Assembly (NCBI GenBank): GCA_964384035.1
Contig: CAYLIB010000001.1
Coordinates: 48,532-112,531, forward strand
Direction: 5' to 3'
Length of the DNA stretch: 64,000 nt
From: an uncultured Candidatus Saccharibacteria bacterium
Lineage (GTDB): Bacteria; Patescibacteriota; Doudnabacteria; UBA920
A program made the translations under genes and the position numbers. This document shows, piece by piece, positions 37,984-47,390 of the stretch (positions are counted from its first letter, which is position 1; each line of letters begins with the position of its first letter). The notes beneath the pieces were generated by a model. It did not search any database, was not told the DNA's origin, and saw nothing but the letters and a program-made list of their open reading frames with translations.

Positions 37984-38469
37984 TTATTTGAACAAATTCT
38001 CTAAATCTGTGGTGTTATTAATCTCAGTTGTTTTAATTAGTCTCACAAATAATTTCTCCGACAACTGTAAGAGCTCTTCTTCTATTTCTTTCGGAAGCAT
38101 ATAAGGCGAAGCCCAAATACTCGTCTGCCATTTCTTAAACCCCAGTGCCAGGAGTCTACTACGAAGGTGATCTCTCACTTTTCGTTTCTTCTCCGGAATA
38201 TCAAATATTATAAGCTTCCAAACCCCATCCCTCACCGGATTCTGCTGAAGCGCCAAAACCGCCCCGTCCTCATTCAACACAACAACCTTAGCTTTATTTA
38301 CTTTCTTAATATCTAAATACCCCTGAAGCTTTAACCTGTACAAAGAGTCATAAACTTCCTTCTTAGGGAGCTTAGAAAACTCTTCATAAAAAGACTCTAT
38401 ACTAGTCTCCCCAGACCTGTGTAAATATTCAATTATCTTCCTAGCCAAACCATTATGCGTTCTCGACAT
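37984..38469 (-). CDS. PaaX-family-like winged-helix transcriptional regulator (short form)
   Basis: The C-terminal domain 'DGVWKLIIFDIPEKKRKVRDHLRSRLLALGFKKWQTSIWASP' matches the PaaX_C signature (W.L..FD.PE..R..R..LR..L...GF..LQ.S.W). Confidence 0.5.
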   Translation of the reverse strand: MSRTHNGLARKIIEYLHRSGETSIESFYEEFSKLPKKEVYDSLYRLKLQGYLDIKKVNKAKVVVLNEDGAVLALQQNPVRDGVWKLIIFDIPEKKRKVRDHLRSRLLALGFKKWQTSIWASPYMLPKEIEEELLQLSEKLFVRLIKTTEINNTTDLENLFK

Positions 38470-38527
38470 GTTATTACACTAATAAAAATATTGTCTAATT
38501 GCAATAAAAAAATCCGCTGAAGATTAT

Positions 38528-39511
38528 TCAGCGGCCCAATTTAGGCTCCCACAGCTCTACTTGGATATCATCTAAGGAATAAAGTTGGGTCTTTATTGAT
38601 CTCAACGACAAAGCCAACTTTGCTGTGTTTGGTTCTTTTCCTGCAGATTCAACCAGAAAGCTCTCCACAACCCCTAAGACCTGTGCCTGTATCTCGTCTC
38701 TGTAAAAACCAGGTAGCTCATTCAAGCGACCACTTCTCAGAGCCGTCTGATTCAACTTCTTACCATACCTGATCTTGAGCCATTTCTTTCCGAATACATC
38801 CTCTCGTTCATACTCCTCGGTGCTCTTGTCATACCAGGTAATTTTGTTGGAAAAAGAAGGAGGAGAGACCCAAAAATTCTCATTTGAATCAATTACTCTG
38901 ACCAACGCACCGTTACTTGTTTCTACTCCCACCTTATTTAGAGGCGCAGGAGATCTGTAAAAAATCACAGTCAACGGCACTACCAAACAAAAGACCGAGA
39001 CAATGATACGCACATAACTATGAATCAAATTCCCCATTCCCTTTGTAACAGTCAGTGCGATCAATAAAGTAAGCACACAAAAGTTCATCACACAGAAAGC
39101 TACAGTTCCCACATTCATACCTGTATAAGTATCGAACCAAAAAAGCGAAATCAGGCCTGAGAAAAAGGTTACAGCCCACAATATAATGCTAAACACAGGA
39201 AGCCATTCCTTAAATCCCTGTCCTTTTTCTGCAGCGACCTCCCATACTTTCATCAAATACGCGGCCTTATTTGCCCTTGCATCACCGAGACCACCCAATT
39301 CACCCAGAACAAGAGCCAGTTCTTTTTCAGATTCCAGGAGGTACTGACGCAAAGATTCATCTTCAGTTTCTTCTGCCAATATCCTAAGTCGCCCAGAGGC
39401 ATCTTCCTGTCTAAAACGTTCCAGCGTTTCACTAGAAACGCTAGAACATAGCCTGCTCACTTCTTTACCAAATTCACGCTTAAGAACGCTGTTTTTCATA
39501 ATCACCTCCAT
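38528..39511 (-). CDS. hypothetical membrane protein
   Basis: 327 aa with 3-4 central TM helices. Confidence 0.4.
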   Translation of the reverse strand: MEVIMKNSVLKREFGKEVSRLCSSVSSETLERFRQEDASGRLRILAEETEDESLRQYLLESEKELALVLGELGGLGDARANKAAYLMKVWEVAAEKGQGFKEWLPVFSIILWAVTFFSGLISLFWFDTYTGMNVGTVAFCVMNFCVLTLLIALTVTKGMGNLIHSYVRIIVSVFCLVVPLTVIFYRSPAPLNKVGVETSNGALVRVIDSNENFWVSPPSFSNKITWYDKSTEEYEREDVFGKKWLKIRYGKKLNQTALRSGRLNELPGFYRDEIQAQVLGVVESFLVESAGKEPNTAKLALSLRSIKTQLYSLDDIQVELWEPKLGR

Positions 39512-39637
39512 TTGATAGATTTAAGTCGCAGAAAACTTATAATTATACAACATAAATAAATTTTAGTCAAGATTTATTTAATAAATAAAAATACTCCTTT
39601 CTCTACAAAAGGAGTATAAAACCCAACTAAACAGGAC

Positions 39638-40114
39638 TTATTGTAATTTCTTTAGCGTTATAACCACCTTTCGGTATGGCTCTTCACCCTCGGAAGTACT
39701 CTCTATTTCCGTAAAATGTTCCTGGACAAAGGAATGTACGAGCCTTCTTTCATATGAAGACATAGGCTCCATATGTACCGGGTGCCCACTTGCCTTAACT
39801 TTCTCTATCGCATTCTTAGCAGCTTCCTTCAAATACCACTCACGCTTCTTTCTATAGTCATCAATATCTACCGTAAACTTTACTGGTTCTTCTACTTTCA
39901 GCTGCTTCCGAGCCATTGCCTGCACCACAAACTGCAAAGCATGCAAATTCGCCCCACCCTTACCAATAAGCAAATAAGAATCCTCACTAGTAATGTTAAA
40001 CACCAATCCTCTGTCGAGAGTTTCCTCCGCACCCACTTGTGCCACCACTCCCATTTGCCTTAATACCCCCTCGAGTATTTCCTGAATTTGTTGCGATATT
40101 TCAATCTGAACCAT
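39638..40114 (-). CDS. jag: Jag/KhpB-like RNA-binding protein (KH + R3H)
   Basis: R3H motif 'MEPMSSYERRLVHSFVQEHFTEIESTSEGEEPYRKVVI'. It lies downstream of yidC in the conserved rnpA-yidD-yidC-jag order. Confidence 0.7.
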   Translation of the reverse strand: MVQIEISQQIQEILEGVLRQMGVVAQVGAEETLDRGLVFNITSEDSYLLIGKGGANLHALQFVVQAMARKQLKVEEPVKFTVDIDDYRKKREWYLKEAAKNAIEKVKASGHPVHMEPMSSYERRLVHSFVQEHFTEIESTSEGEEPYRKVVITLKKLQ

Positions 40115-40214
40115 ATTTGTAATCTAAATAGTACCCTATATAATACTCCAATTTAACCATAAAGAAAAACCTCGGTTTTTAGCCGAGGTTTCAAATAACT
40201 TTCAGTCAGAGCTC

Positions 40215-40334
40215 GATTGCAGATTTTGAGCGGATTTTCGTCGATTTTCGAGAAGTGAACGGAGGCGTCCGCGAGGGGACGGTGGAGTGAGCCTCGCAGA
40301 AAATCGGCGAAAAGCCACCAAAATATGCGATCCC
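40215..40334 (+). repeat. R3 element copy 3 between yidC and jag
   Basis: 'gattgcagattttg...ccaaaatatgcgatccc'. Arms gagcggattttcgtcgattttcgag / ctcgcagaaaatcggcgaaaagc. Central 'ggcgtccgcgaggggacggtggagt'. Confidence 0.55.
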
Positions 40335-40350
40335 ACGTTACTTAGAACCA

Positions 40351-41043
40351 TTACTTAGAGTTGTTCCTCCGAACGACAAACCACTGTTGTGCAATAGCAA
40401 ATAATGTATTTACCATCCAGTACAAAGGAAGCCCTGCGGGTAACTTCCAAGCAAAAACAATAGTAATTATTGGGAAGAAGTACAGTGCCTGCAAATTCAT
40501 CGCCTTCGTTGTCGGGTCCTGAGTATCTGTCTTCGGCATCATCATCTTAGTTTGTAAGTACTGAAGCAAACCCGCGACAATAGCAAAGACCAAACTAGGA
40601 TGGGATAAATCTACTGTGTGTAAGAATTTAGGATCTATGACACCAGGATTAAATACACTCACATACAATCCGGCCAAATTACCCTTAAGTGCCTTTGCCA
40701 AAACTTGATATAAAGCGATAAGAACAGGAAGCTGAATTAACATTGGCAAGCAGGAAGAAAGAGGGTTCACATTCTGATCTTTATACAATTCCATCATTGC
40801 TTTTGATTGCGCTTCCTTATCATTCTTATATTTCTCTCTTATTTCATTCAGTTTGGGCTGAAGTGCATTCATCGCCTTTTGATTAACAAGCGACTTATGC
40901 ATAAGAGGAGCCATTAAAAATCTAATAGCTAAAGTAACTAAAATAATGGCTATACCTACATCATGCCCAGGTACAGTGTTATACAACCAGACTAAAAGAT
41001 TCAATATCGGGTTATAAATTAAAATTGTATATAAATGTAACAT
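40351..41043 (-). CDS. yidC: membrane protein insertase YidC (short form)
   Basis: 'QKAMNALQPKLNEIREKYKNDKEAQSKAMMELYKDQNVNPLSSCLPMLIQLPVLIALY' is the conserved YidC/Oxa1 core. Confidence 0.85.
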   Translation of the reverse strand: MLHLYTILIYNPILNLLVWLYNTVPGHDVGIAIILVTLAIRFLMAPLMHKSLVNQKAMNALQPKLNEIREKYKNDKEAQSKAMMELYKDQNVNPLSSCLPMLIQLPVLIALYQVLAKALKGNLAGLYVSVFNPGVIDPKFLHTVDLSHPSLVFAIVAGLLQYLQTKMMMPKTDTQDPTTKAMNLQALYFFPIITIVFAWKLPAGLPLYWMVNTLFAIAQQWFVVRRNNSK

Positions 41044-41068
41044 TTATTAAATATTTACTAATTAATTC

Positions 41069-41302
41069 TTAAACTACAGGATCTACTTCTGGTTTTGCAA
41101 AAGGATTACACTTAATAATTCGTTTCACCGACATTAGCATACCTATCACAAAACCCTTCTTCACCACAGCTTGTTTAGCATATTCACTACAAGAAGGGTA
41201 AAATCTACAAAAACCATAAGGATATCTGGCTCTAAAGATACCATGATCCGGCGACAGCGTCTTCTGATATATATTTATTAATAAAATAATAATCGTCTTC
41301 AT
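41069..41302 (-). CDS. yidD: membrane protein insertion efficiency factor YidD
   Basis: 'YQKTLSPDHG...CRFYPSCSEYAKQAV...KRIIKCNPF'. Confidence 0.8.
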   Translation of the reverse strand: MKTIIILLINIYQKTLSPDHGIFRARYPYGFCRFYPSCSEYAKQAVVKKGFVIGMLMSVKRIIKCNPFAKPEVDPVV

Positions 41303-41333
41303 TCTCTATTCGTTATTCTTCATTCACCACTCT

Positions 41334-41672
41334 TCACTTTATTAACTTTACAAACTTTAAAAACTTTATAAACTCACTAGCTATAGCTTTGTCATATATC
41401 TCCATTGCTTTTGGTTTTACTGTAAAAATATAGTCACCATACGCAAATCTCTCCAAATTATCCCTTATAACTACCCTGACTATCCTTTTCATTCTGTTTC
41501 TCACAACAGCCTTCTTGGATACCTTGGTAGAGACAACGACTGTAAATCTTTTAGCTGAACTTTCTGTTTTTTTAAATTTAGCCATAAAAAAAGGACTAAA
41601 AAAAGCCCGCCCCCTAGCAAAGGTAGCTTGAACTTCCCTTGTTTTTTGGAGACGATGCTTTTCAGGTAGCAT
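41334..41672 (-). CDS. rnpA: ribonuclease P protein component
   Basis: 'LPEKHRLQKTREVQATFARGR' N-terminus plus the conserved position after rpmH. Confidence 0.8.
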   Translation of the reverse strand: MLPEKHRLQKTREVQATFARGRAFFSPFFMAKFKKTESSAKRFTVVVSTKVSKKAVVRNRMKRIVRVVIRDNLERFAYGDYIFTVKPKAMEIYDKAIASEFIKFLKFVKLIK

Positions 41673-41700
41673 AATTCAAAAATATCCTATTTTTTAAAGA

Positions 41701-41838
41701 CTAAGCGAGAGCTAATCTCTTTCTTCCTTTAGCGCGTCTTCTTGCGAGGACATTTCTTCCACCGGGAGTCTGCATTCTTGCAATAAAACCGTGGACCCTC
41801 TTGCGCCTTCTAACTTTCGGTTGGTAAGTACGTTTCAT
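41701..41838 (-). CDS. rpmH: 50S ribosomal protein L34
   Basis: Minus-strand translation [45 protein letters not shown]. Below the ORF-track cutoff. Confidence 0.85.
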   Translation of the reverse strand: MKRTYQPKVRRRKRVHGFIARMQTPGGRNVLARRRAKGRKRLALA

Positions 41839-41860
41839 GATTCAAAATTAATACTGGCTT

Positions 41861-41889
41861 ATTCTACATAATTCCGCCCCACTTGTCAA
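41861..41889 (-). promoter_or_regulatory. sigma70-type promoter for rpmH (TTGACA-17-TAGAAT)
   Basis: Minus strand 'ttgacaagtggggcggaattatgtagaat' is about 20 nt upstream of the rpmH ATG. Confidence 0.5.
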
Positions 41890-41937
41890 AACCCTATAGT
41901 ACAAGATCCCACAAAACTAAAAACCTAAAAAACCACT

Positions 41938-42060
41938 CATTGCAGATTTTGGTTCAGTTTGTGCGATTTTTGTATTTTTTTTATGCAGGCGTCCGTAACG
42001 GGACGGTGGAGTAAAAAAAAATACAAAAATCGTGCAAAATGGAGCAAAATATGCAATGCC
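41938..42060 (+). repeat. R3 element copy 4
   Basis: 'cattgcagattttg...gcaaaatatgcaatgcc'. Arms tgtgcgatttttgtattttttttatgc / gtaaaaaaaaatacaaaaatcgtgca. Central 'ggcgtccgtaacgggacggtggagt'. The arms show compensatory change relative to copy 3. Confidence 0.55.
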
Positions 42061-42105
42061 TTACTTTAATAGTAGAGCAAAGCATAGTGTTATACTTTAA
42101 TTACT

Positions 42106-42486
42106 ATGTCACCTAAATCCTCTATATTAATAACATCTTTTTTTGCACTTTTAGCCTTCGCCACTATAGAGAATCAGATCCTAGCTTTTGTAGGGGAAAA
42201 CACTCCAAACACCCCAGAAGTAGCCGGTGCTAGTATTGGTGCAATTGTTGAACCTACCCCCTTAAACACCGGTTGGGAGGAACTCAGAAAAGAACAAGAA
42301 AAGCTAAAAACTGAAAAAGAAAAAATAGAAGCTAGTAAAAGTTCTTTTACCAACTTCTTTGAACCCACAGAACGAAGTATTCGCTATCTATATATATTCC
42401 TATTCGTCTTCTTCTGCCTAGTTGTTATCAATCTCTTGCTCGACTTATACATCCTAAAATCCCAAAAGCGCAAAACTCATGCGTAA
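42106..42486 (+). CDS. hypothetical secreted/membrane protein with coiled-coil and C-terminal TM
   Basis: Signal peptide, 'ELRKEQEKLKTEKEKIEASK', C-terminal helix YLYIFLFVFFCLVVINLLL. Confidence 0.4.
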   Translation: MSPKSSILITSFFALLAFATIENQILAFVGENTPNTPEVAGASIGAIVEPTPLNTGWEELRKEQEKLKTEKEKIEASKSSFTNFFEPTERSIRYLYIFLFVFFCLVVINLLLDLYILKSQKRKTHA

Positions 42487-44014
42487 ATTTACAAATACTC
42501 TATTAGCCTTATTGTTAGTTCTAAGTAATTTATTTTTTCAACCAACTTTCACAACCCACAGCGCCACTCTTTCTCAGACCAGAGACACACTAATCGATCC
42601 GCGTCCCTCACAAGCGGTTGATCATTCTATAAACTTTACTACTGTAAACCTTATTCCTGTTTCAGGAAAAATAACACTTGAGTGGAAAGCCGGCAGCTTC
42701 AACATCCCCGGTACTCTAAGTTACCAGGATATAGATTTCAAAATAAACGGCACTGACCAATCCCTTGGTGCAACTCCAGGTACCGGTTTAGGATCAAATA
42801 TAGGAGTAAATATAATAAGCGGTACTAGCGGAAACATTACTTTCACCCTTAATGATACCAACAATATAGCTGGTGGAAGCACAATAACAATTCTTATAGG
42901 AAAAAATACCAATTACCAAACCACAGGCACAGAACAAATTACCAACCCCGTTGTAAATGGCTCATACACATACACTATTACTACAAAAAATGCTGTCAGC
43001 ACAACGATAGATTCACAAACGGGCGCAGTAAGTATTAACCCTACAGTTTCTGTAACAGGTAAAGTAGTACTCGGAATAGTTGCGACCCCAGACATTACAC
43101 CAAACGGAGGATCATTTGTAGATTATGTAGATGTAAATATTACCGATACCACCCCAGGAAGTACAATATATTTCACAACCGACGGTTCTACACCCACTAC
43201 TTCCAGTAATCTATATACCACACCCTTTACTCTATATTCCAACACAACAGTTAAAGCCTTCGCTACAGCACCTAGCTACGACGACAGTAGTGTCGCGACA
43301 GCAGTATTTAGTGTGACCCCTAGTGTACCCCCTGTAATCGGTTACGGACCAGAAAACCCAACACCGATTATTCACACCAACCAAAACGGGTTAGCTAATA
43401 TAAACCAAAAAGCAGTGGATATTATCCACACTTGCCCTAACAGTGTAGAAGTAATCCTCAAAATTCCTAGCAACTTTTACCCAGACCCACTTTCATTAAA
43501 CTTCTACTGTCTCCCCTGGAACACTTTACCCGAAACAGTTAGAAAGGCCGGTTCACTTAGCACACCGCCTGTTGCTGACACCGTAATTCTCATCACCGCC
43601 GAAGACAACAAAGGAAAAATCGTAGAATATTTACAAAATCCATTGACATTAAATATTACTTATACATCGGGTCATATTCAAAGCTTCATTTCAAACTCTC
43701 TTTATCTCAAAACCTATTTTTCAAATGAAAAAAATTGGTCAGATATCTCAGGTTTCTCCTCAAATCAAGAAAAAACTTTCTATACCGCGCAAATTAAACA
43801 CCTAAGCTACTTCGGAGTCTTTGGTCAAACACAAAAATTAGACTGCAAAACAGTAAAAGCAGATTTAAATTGTGACGGGAGAGTAAATTTAGTCGATCTA
43901 AGCATACTGCTTTACAATTGGGATATACCAAAGAATATAAAAGCAGATTTAAATAACGATACACGAGTAAATTTAGTAGATTTCAGTATTTTACTCTTCT
44001 ATTGGACAAACTGA
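42479..44014 (+). CDS. secreted protein with chitobiase/Fn3-like beta domain and C-terminal type-I dockerin (two Ca-binding repeats)
   Basis: Signal peptide. 'GGSFVDYVDVNITDTTPGSTIYFTTDGSTPTTSSNLYTTPF' is CHB_HEX_C-like. The dockerin repeats are 'DLNCDGRVNLVDLSILLYNW' and 'DLNNDTRVNLVDFSILLFYW'. Confidence 0.6.
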   Translation: MRKFTNTLLALLLVLSNLFFQPTFTTHSATLSQTRDTLIDPRPSQAVDHSINFTTVNLIPVSGKITLEWKAGSFNIPGTLSYQDIDFKINGTDQSLGATPGTGLGSNIGVNIISGTSGNITFTLNDTNNIAGGSTITILIGKNTNYQTTGTEQITNPVVNGSYTYTITTKNAVSTTIDSQTGAVSINPTVSVTGKVVLGIVATPDITPNGGSFVDYVDVNITDTTPGSTIYFTTDGSTPTTSSNLYTTPFTLYSNTTVKAFATAPSYDDSSVATAVFSVTPSVPPVIGYGPENPTPIIHTNQNGLANINQKAVDIIHTCPNSVEVILKIPSNFYPDPLSLNFYCLPWNTLPETVRKAGSLSTPPVADTVILITAEDNKGKIVEYLQNPLTLNITYTSGHIQSFISNSLYLKTYFSNEKNWSDISGFSSNQEKTFYTAQIKHLSYFGVFGQTQKLDCKTVKADLNCDGRVNLVDLSILLYNWDIPKNIKADLNNDTRVNLVDFSILLFYWTN

Positions 44015-44024
44015 TACAAAACAA

Positions 44025-44972
44025 ATGAAAAGCTCAATTATAAAAATATTCACTATTAGTTTCCTTTTAGGTTGTTATTTATTCATTGCAAAAGGGGCAC
44101 AAGCTGCGATCCTTCAATACGAAATTCCTAAAAACACCGTACGAGTAGGTGACTCGGTTACTATGAAAATAATACTTAATACAGAAGGTGAAAGTATAAA
44201 TACAGGATCAATAACGTCAATTATTCCAGAGAGTTTAGTTATACAAAATATATCCACAGCAAAATCCATCTTCAAATATTGGGTAAACAATCCAGACCAT
44301 CCATCCTCAAACATTATCAGTTTTACTGGTGGCTTACCCAACCCAGGATTCAACGGTACAAACGGTATAATAGGAGAAATCACTTTAAAACCCACCAAAG
44401 CTGGTAAATTCTCACTATATGCAGAGAGAGGTTCGCAAATCCTAGTAAACGACGGCTTTGGTACAAGTGCAAATGTGCAAATTCTCCAAAATACCCTGCT
44501 AGTTCTCGACCCTGGTAAAAACTACTCCCCCTTACCTTCAACCAAAGCAATAGACAACACCCCTCCTCACGACCTTATGCTAATTATTGGGAATAGCCAA
44601 TCAGAATTTGACGGTAAATATTTTGCTAGCTTCCGAGCAGAAGATGATGAATCAGGAATAGACCATTACGAAATAAGCGAAAAAATTAAAAACCAGAATT
44701 TAACTAACAAGGACCCCAACCCAAATGACAAGTCGCTAATATGGCGCACCGCAACAAGCCCATATATATTGGAAAACCAGGATAACAACACCTATGTTTT
44801 CCTAAAAGCCATAGATAAAGCAGGTAATACTTCTATTGTTTGGAAAATGCATGAAATTAAAAAAACCCCAAAGTTACCTTGGTTAATAATAATTATTCTT
44901 CTTGCACTCTTATTCATCACATATAAAGTAGGTCCTATATGGGTAAATAAAAAACTTAAAAAAAATTCATAA
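44025..44972 (+). CDS. membrane-anchored protein with a cohesin-like beta-sandwich domain (tentative)
   Basis: Signal peptide, a beta-rich N-domain (…GIIGEITLKPTKAGKFSLYAE…) and a C-terminal TM with basic tail (LPWLIIIILLALLFITYK…KKLKKNS). It is adjacent to the dockerin gene. Confidence 0.35.
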   Translation: MKSSIIKIFTISFLLGCYLFIAKGAQAAILQYEIPKNTVRVGDSVTMKIILNTEGESINTGSITSIIPESLVIQNISTAKSIFKYWVNNPDHPSSNIISFTGGLPNPGFNGTNGIIGEITLKPTKAGKFSLYAERGSQILVNDGFGTSANVQILQNTLLVLDPGKNYSPLPSTKAIDNTPPHDLMLIIGNSQSEFDGKYFASFRAEDDESGIDHYEISEKIKNQNLTNKDPNPNDKSLIWRTATSPYILENQDNNTYVFLKAIDKAGNTSIVWKMHEIKKTPKLPWLIIIILLALLFITYKVGPIWVNKKLKKNS

Positions 44973-45031
44973 ATAGTAAATAATGTGTTATAATTTTTTA
45001 AGAATTTCCTTACAATAGAAATAAAAATAAT

Positions 45032-46156
45032 ATGTTTCAAAAGTTAAAAAGCAAACAAATAATTAAAGTTTCCAAAATTGTTGTAGCAGCACTTGTCCTT
45101 GGTATATTTGGTCTCCAACCCGCACCCGTAAACGCTGCTTCACTAACAACTGTAAAAGATACCCTTACCAGAATCGAACAAGCCCAAACCGCAGACCATA
45201 CAATAACATTTACACTCCCAGGTGGAGCCTCAAGCTTCGTAGCTGGCGATAAAATGTCCATTGACTTCCCAGCAAACTTCGTAACCTCAACGGGCTGGGC
45301 AACCTCAGATTTCACCTTTAACGACGGTACTTCAAGAACCATAACCACAGTAGGCACCAACTCTACTCCTACCTGTACGGCTGGTACTAATAATGTTTCT
45401 GTAGAAATTACAACAGCAAGCGACCTATTTGTAATTACCGCCTGTTCTACCTTCACAGCAAACTCATCAGCCAACATTACATTCACCATTCAAGGTACTG
45501 GCGCTAACGGAACCCTCACGAACCCTTCTTCTCCTGAGACTTCCGTAGTGGCAATAGTAGGTGATGATAAAGGAAACGGGTTCGGTTCAGACGACGACAC
45601 CGCTTCCCTAGCTATCCCAATCATCGCAGACGATACAGTTACAATTACAGCTACCGTGGACCCAACTATTACCTTCTCAATATCAGATACAGCTATTTCA
45701 TTTGGAACCCTGTCTTCGGGAGCTGCGCGGTACGCTACTGGAGACGGAACCAGTACATCTACTGACCCCTCTGGTGGTGCTCACAACCTACAAATCTCTA
45801 CCAATGCCACCAGCGGTTACATCGTTACTTACAAAGGTGCAACACTAACCAGCGGAGCTAACACTATCGATGTTCCAGGTACATTCATAAACAACGACGC
45901 CAACGGTACTCCAGGACAAGAAGAATTCGCTCTTTCTGTAAACAGACAAACCGGTACCGGTACGGTTGCCGCCAACTACCAATACACCGACCCAGACTGG
46001 GACTTCGACGCCAACACTACCACTACCATTTACACCCAAACCGCAGCAACCAACACTGAAACTCTAGAAATTCACTACCTCGCTAATATAGCTGGCGCTA
46101 CTCAAGCTGGCACCTACACCACAGACGTTACTTACATAGCTACTGGAACGTTCTAA
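45032..46156 (+). CDS. secreted beta-rich surface protein, paralog 1
   Basis: Signal peptide with AxA site (PVNA/AS). T/S/G/N-rich. C-terminus '...GTYTTDVTYIATGTF'. The last 565 nt are identical to 47946-48510. Confidence 0.55.
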   Translation: MFQKLKSKQIIKVSKIVVAALVLGIFGLQPAPVNAASLTTVKDTLTRIEQAQTADHTITFTLPGGASSFVAGDKMSIDFPANFVTSTGWATSDFTFNDGTSRTITTVGTNSTPTCTAGTNNVSVEITTASDLFVITACSTFTANSSANITFTIQGTGANGTLTNPSSPETSVVAIVGDDKGNGFGSDDDTASLAIPIIADDTVTITATVDPTITFSISDTAISFGTLSSGAARYATGDGTSTSTDPSGGAHNLQISTNATSGYIVTYKGATLTSGANTIDVPGTFINNDANGTPGQEEFALSVNRQTGTGTVAANYQYTDPDWDFDANTTTTIYTQTAATNTETLEIHYLANIAGATQAGTYTTDVTYIATGTF

Positions 46157-46164
46157 ATACATTC

Positions 46165-46190
46165 AAAACCGCCCATAAGGGCGGTTTTAT
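46165..46190 (+). terminator. rho-independent terminator
   Basis: aaaaccgcccataagggcggttttatt. Confidence 0.55.
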
Positions 46191-46233
46191 TATTCCTCAT
46201 GTTATAATTCCCTTAGAATATTTTACTTAACCA

Positions 46234-47295
46234 ATGCCTAGCTCTAAATTCTTCGTTATTCGTATATTCTCTCTATTCGTTATTCTCTATTCGTTACTCT
46301 TCATTCCACGCGAAGCTAGCGCCCTTACCATATCTCCTCCCAGATTAGAGACCTCGGCAGACCCAGGTCAAACAATAGAACAAGAAGTAAAAATCATCAA
46401 TGAAGAAAGATCCTCACGAACACTCTATATTGTTCCTCAAAACTTTGAAGCCAAAGACGAAAGCGGAGAACCAAATTACGTCGAAGGCACAGAAAACCTA
46501 GCCGGTTGGATAAAAGTAGCAAAATCAGTAAATCTCGGACCAGGTGAAGAAAAATTTGTAAAATTTTCTATTTCGGTTCCACCCACTGCTGAACCTGGTG
46601 GATATTTTACAGCTCTATTCTTCCAAAGTGAACCCCCTAGCTTTGAACAAGGTGCTGGTATTGGTATAGGTAGCCAGTTAGGAAGTTTAATTCTTTTAAA
46701 AGTTAATGGTGCTATAGGAGAGCAAGCGGGTATACTCGAATTTGCTACTAAAAACAAAGATCGCACTTTCTTAAATCTACCTATAGAATTCTACTACCGT
46801 TTCCAAAACACAGGAGACACGTGGGTTAAACCTTTAGGTGAAGTCTTTATAACAAACACATTCGGAAAAAGAGTAAAACTCCTTACAGCGAACAGGCAAA
46901 AAGGAAATGTGCTACCCAAAAGCATTCGCAAATTCGAAACTGCATGGTTAAATAGCGGTGGAAATATAAAGGAAGACCCAAAAGGTGAAATTGAATACCC
47001 AAAACTAGAAGATTTCTGGGCAAATGTAAAATATCAATATAGCAATTTCGCTTTCGGACTCTACACTGCCAAACTCCATTTAGCTTACGGCACAAATCCT
47101 GTGCAGGTAGGAGAAACAACTTTCAAATTTATCGTATTTCCTTGGCAGCTCACATTAGTAAGTACCATTCTCGCCATAATTATCTTAATTATTCTGAGAA
47201 TACTTATTAAAAAATACAATCAAAGTATTATTAGAAAAGCCCAAAATCAAATTCAAAGTAAAGACAACCCTACTTCCAAACGAGGTAAAAAATAA
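46234..47295 (+). CDS. CscA/DUF916-DUF3324-like cell-surface protein with C-terminal TM anchor
   Basis: Signal peptide, 'ALTISPPRLETSADPGQTIEQEVKIIN', C-terminal TM with K/R tail (WQLTLVSTILAIIILIILRILIKKYN). Confidence 0.45.
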   Translation: MPSSKFFVIRIFSLFVILYSLLFIPREASALTISPPRLETSADPGQTIEQEVKIINEERSSRTLYIVPQNFEAKDESGEPNYVEGTENLAGWIKVAKSVNLGPGEEKFVKFSISVPPTAEPGGYFTALFFQSEPPSFEQGAGIGIGSQLGSLILLKVNGAIGEQAGILEFATKNKDRTFLNLPIEFYYRFQNTGDTWVKPLGEVFITNTFGKRVKLLTANRQKGNVLPKSIRKFETAWLNSGGNIKEDPKGEIEYPKLEDFWANVKYQYSNFAFGLYTAKLHLAYGTNPVQVGETTFKFIVFPWQLTLVSTILAIIILIILRILIKKYNQSIIRKAQNQIQSKDNPTSKRGKK

Positions 47296-47390
47296 AATAT
47301 AAAAAACACCAAATAGTTCTTTGGTGTTTTTTAAAAATTAAAAAATAATTTTATGTTATACTTTTTCTATAAAACAACTTTATAAATTCC

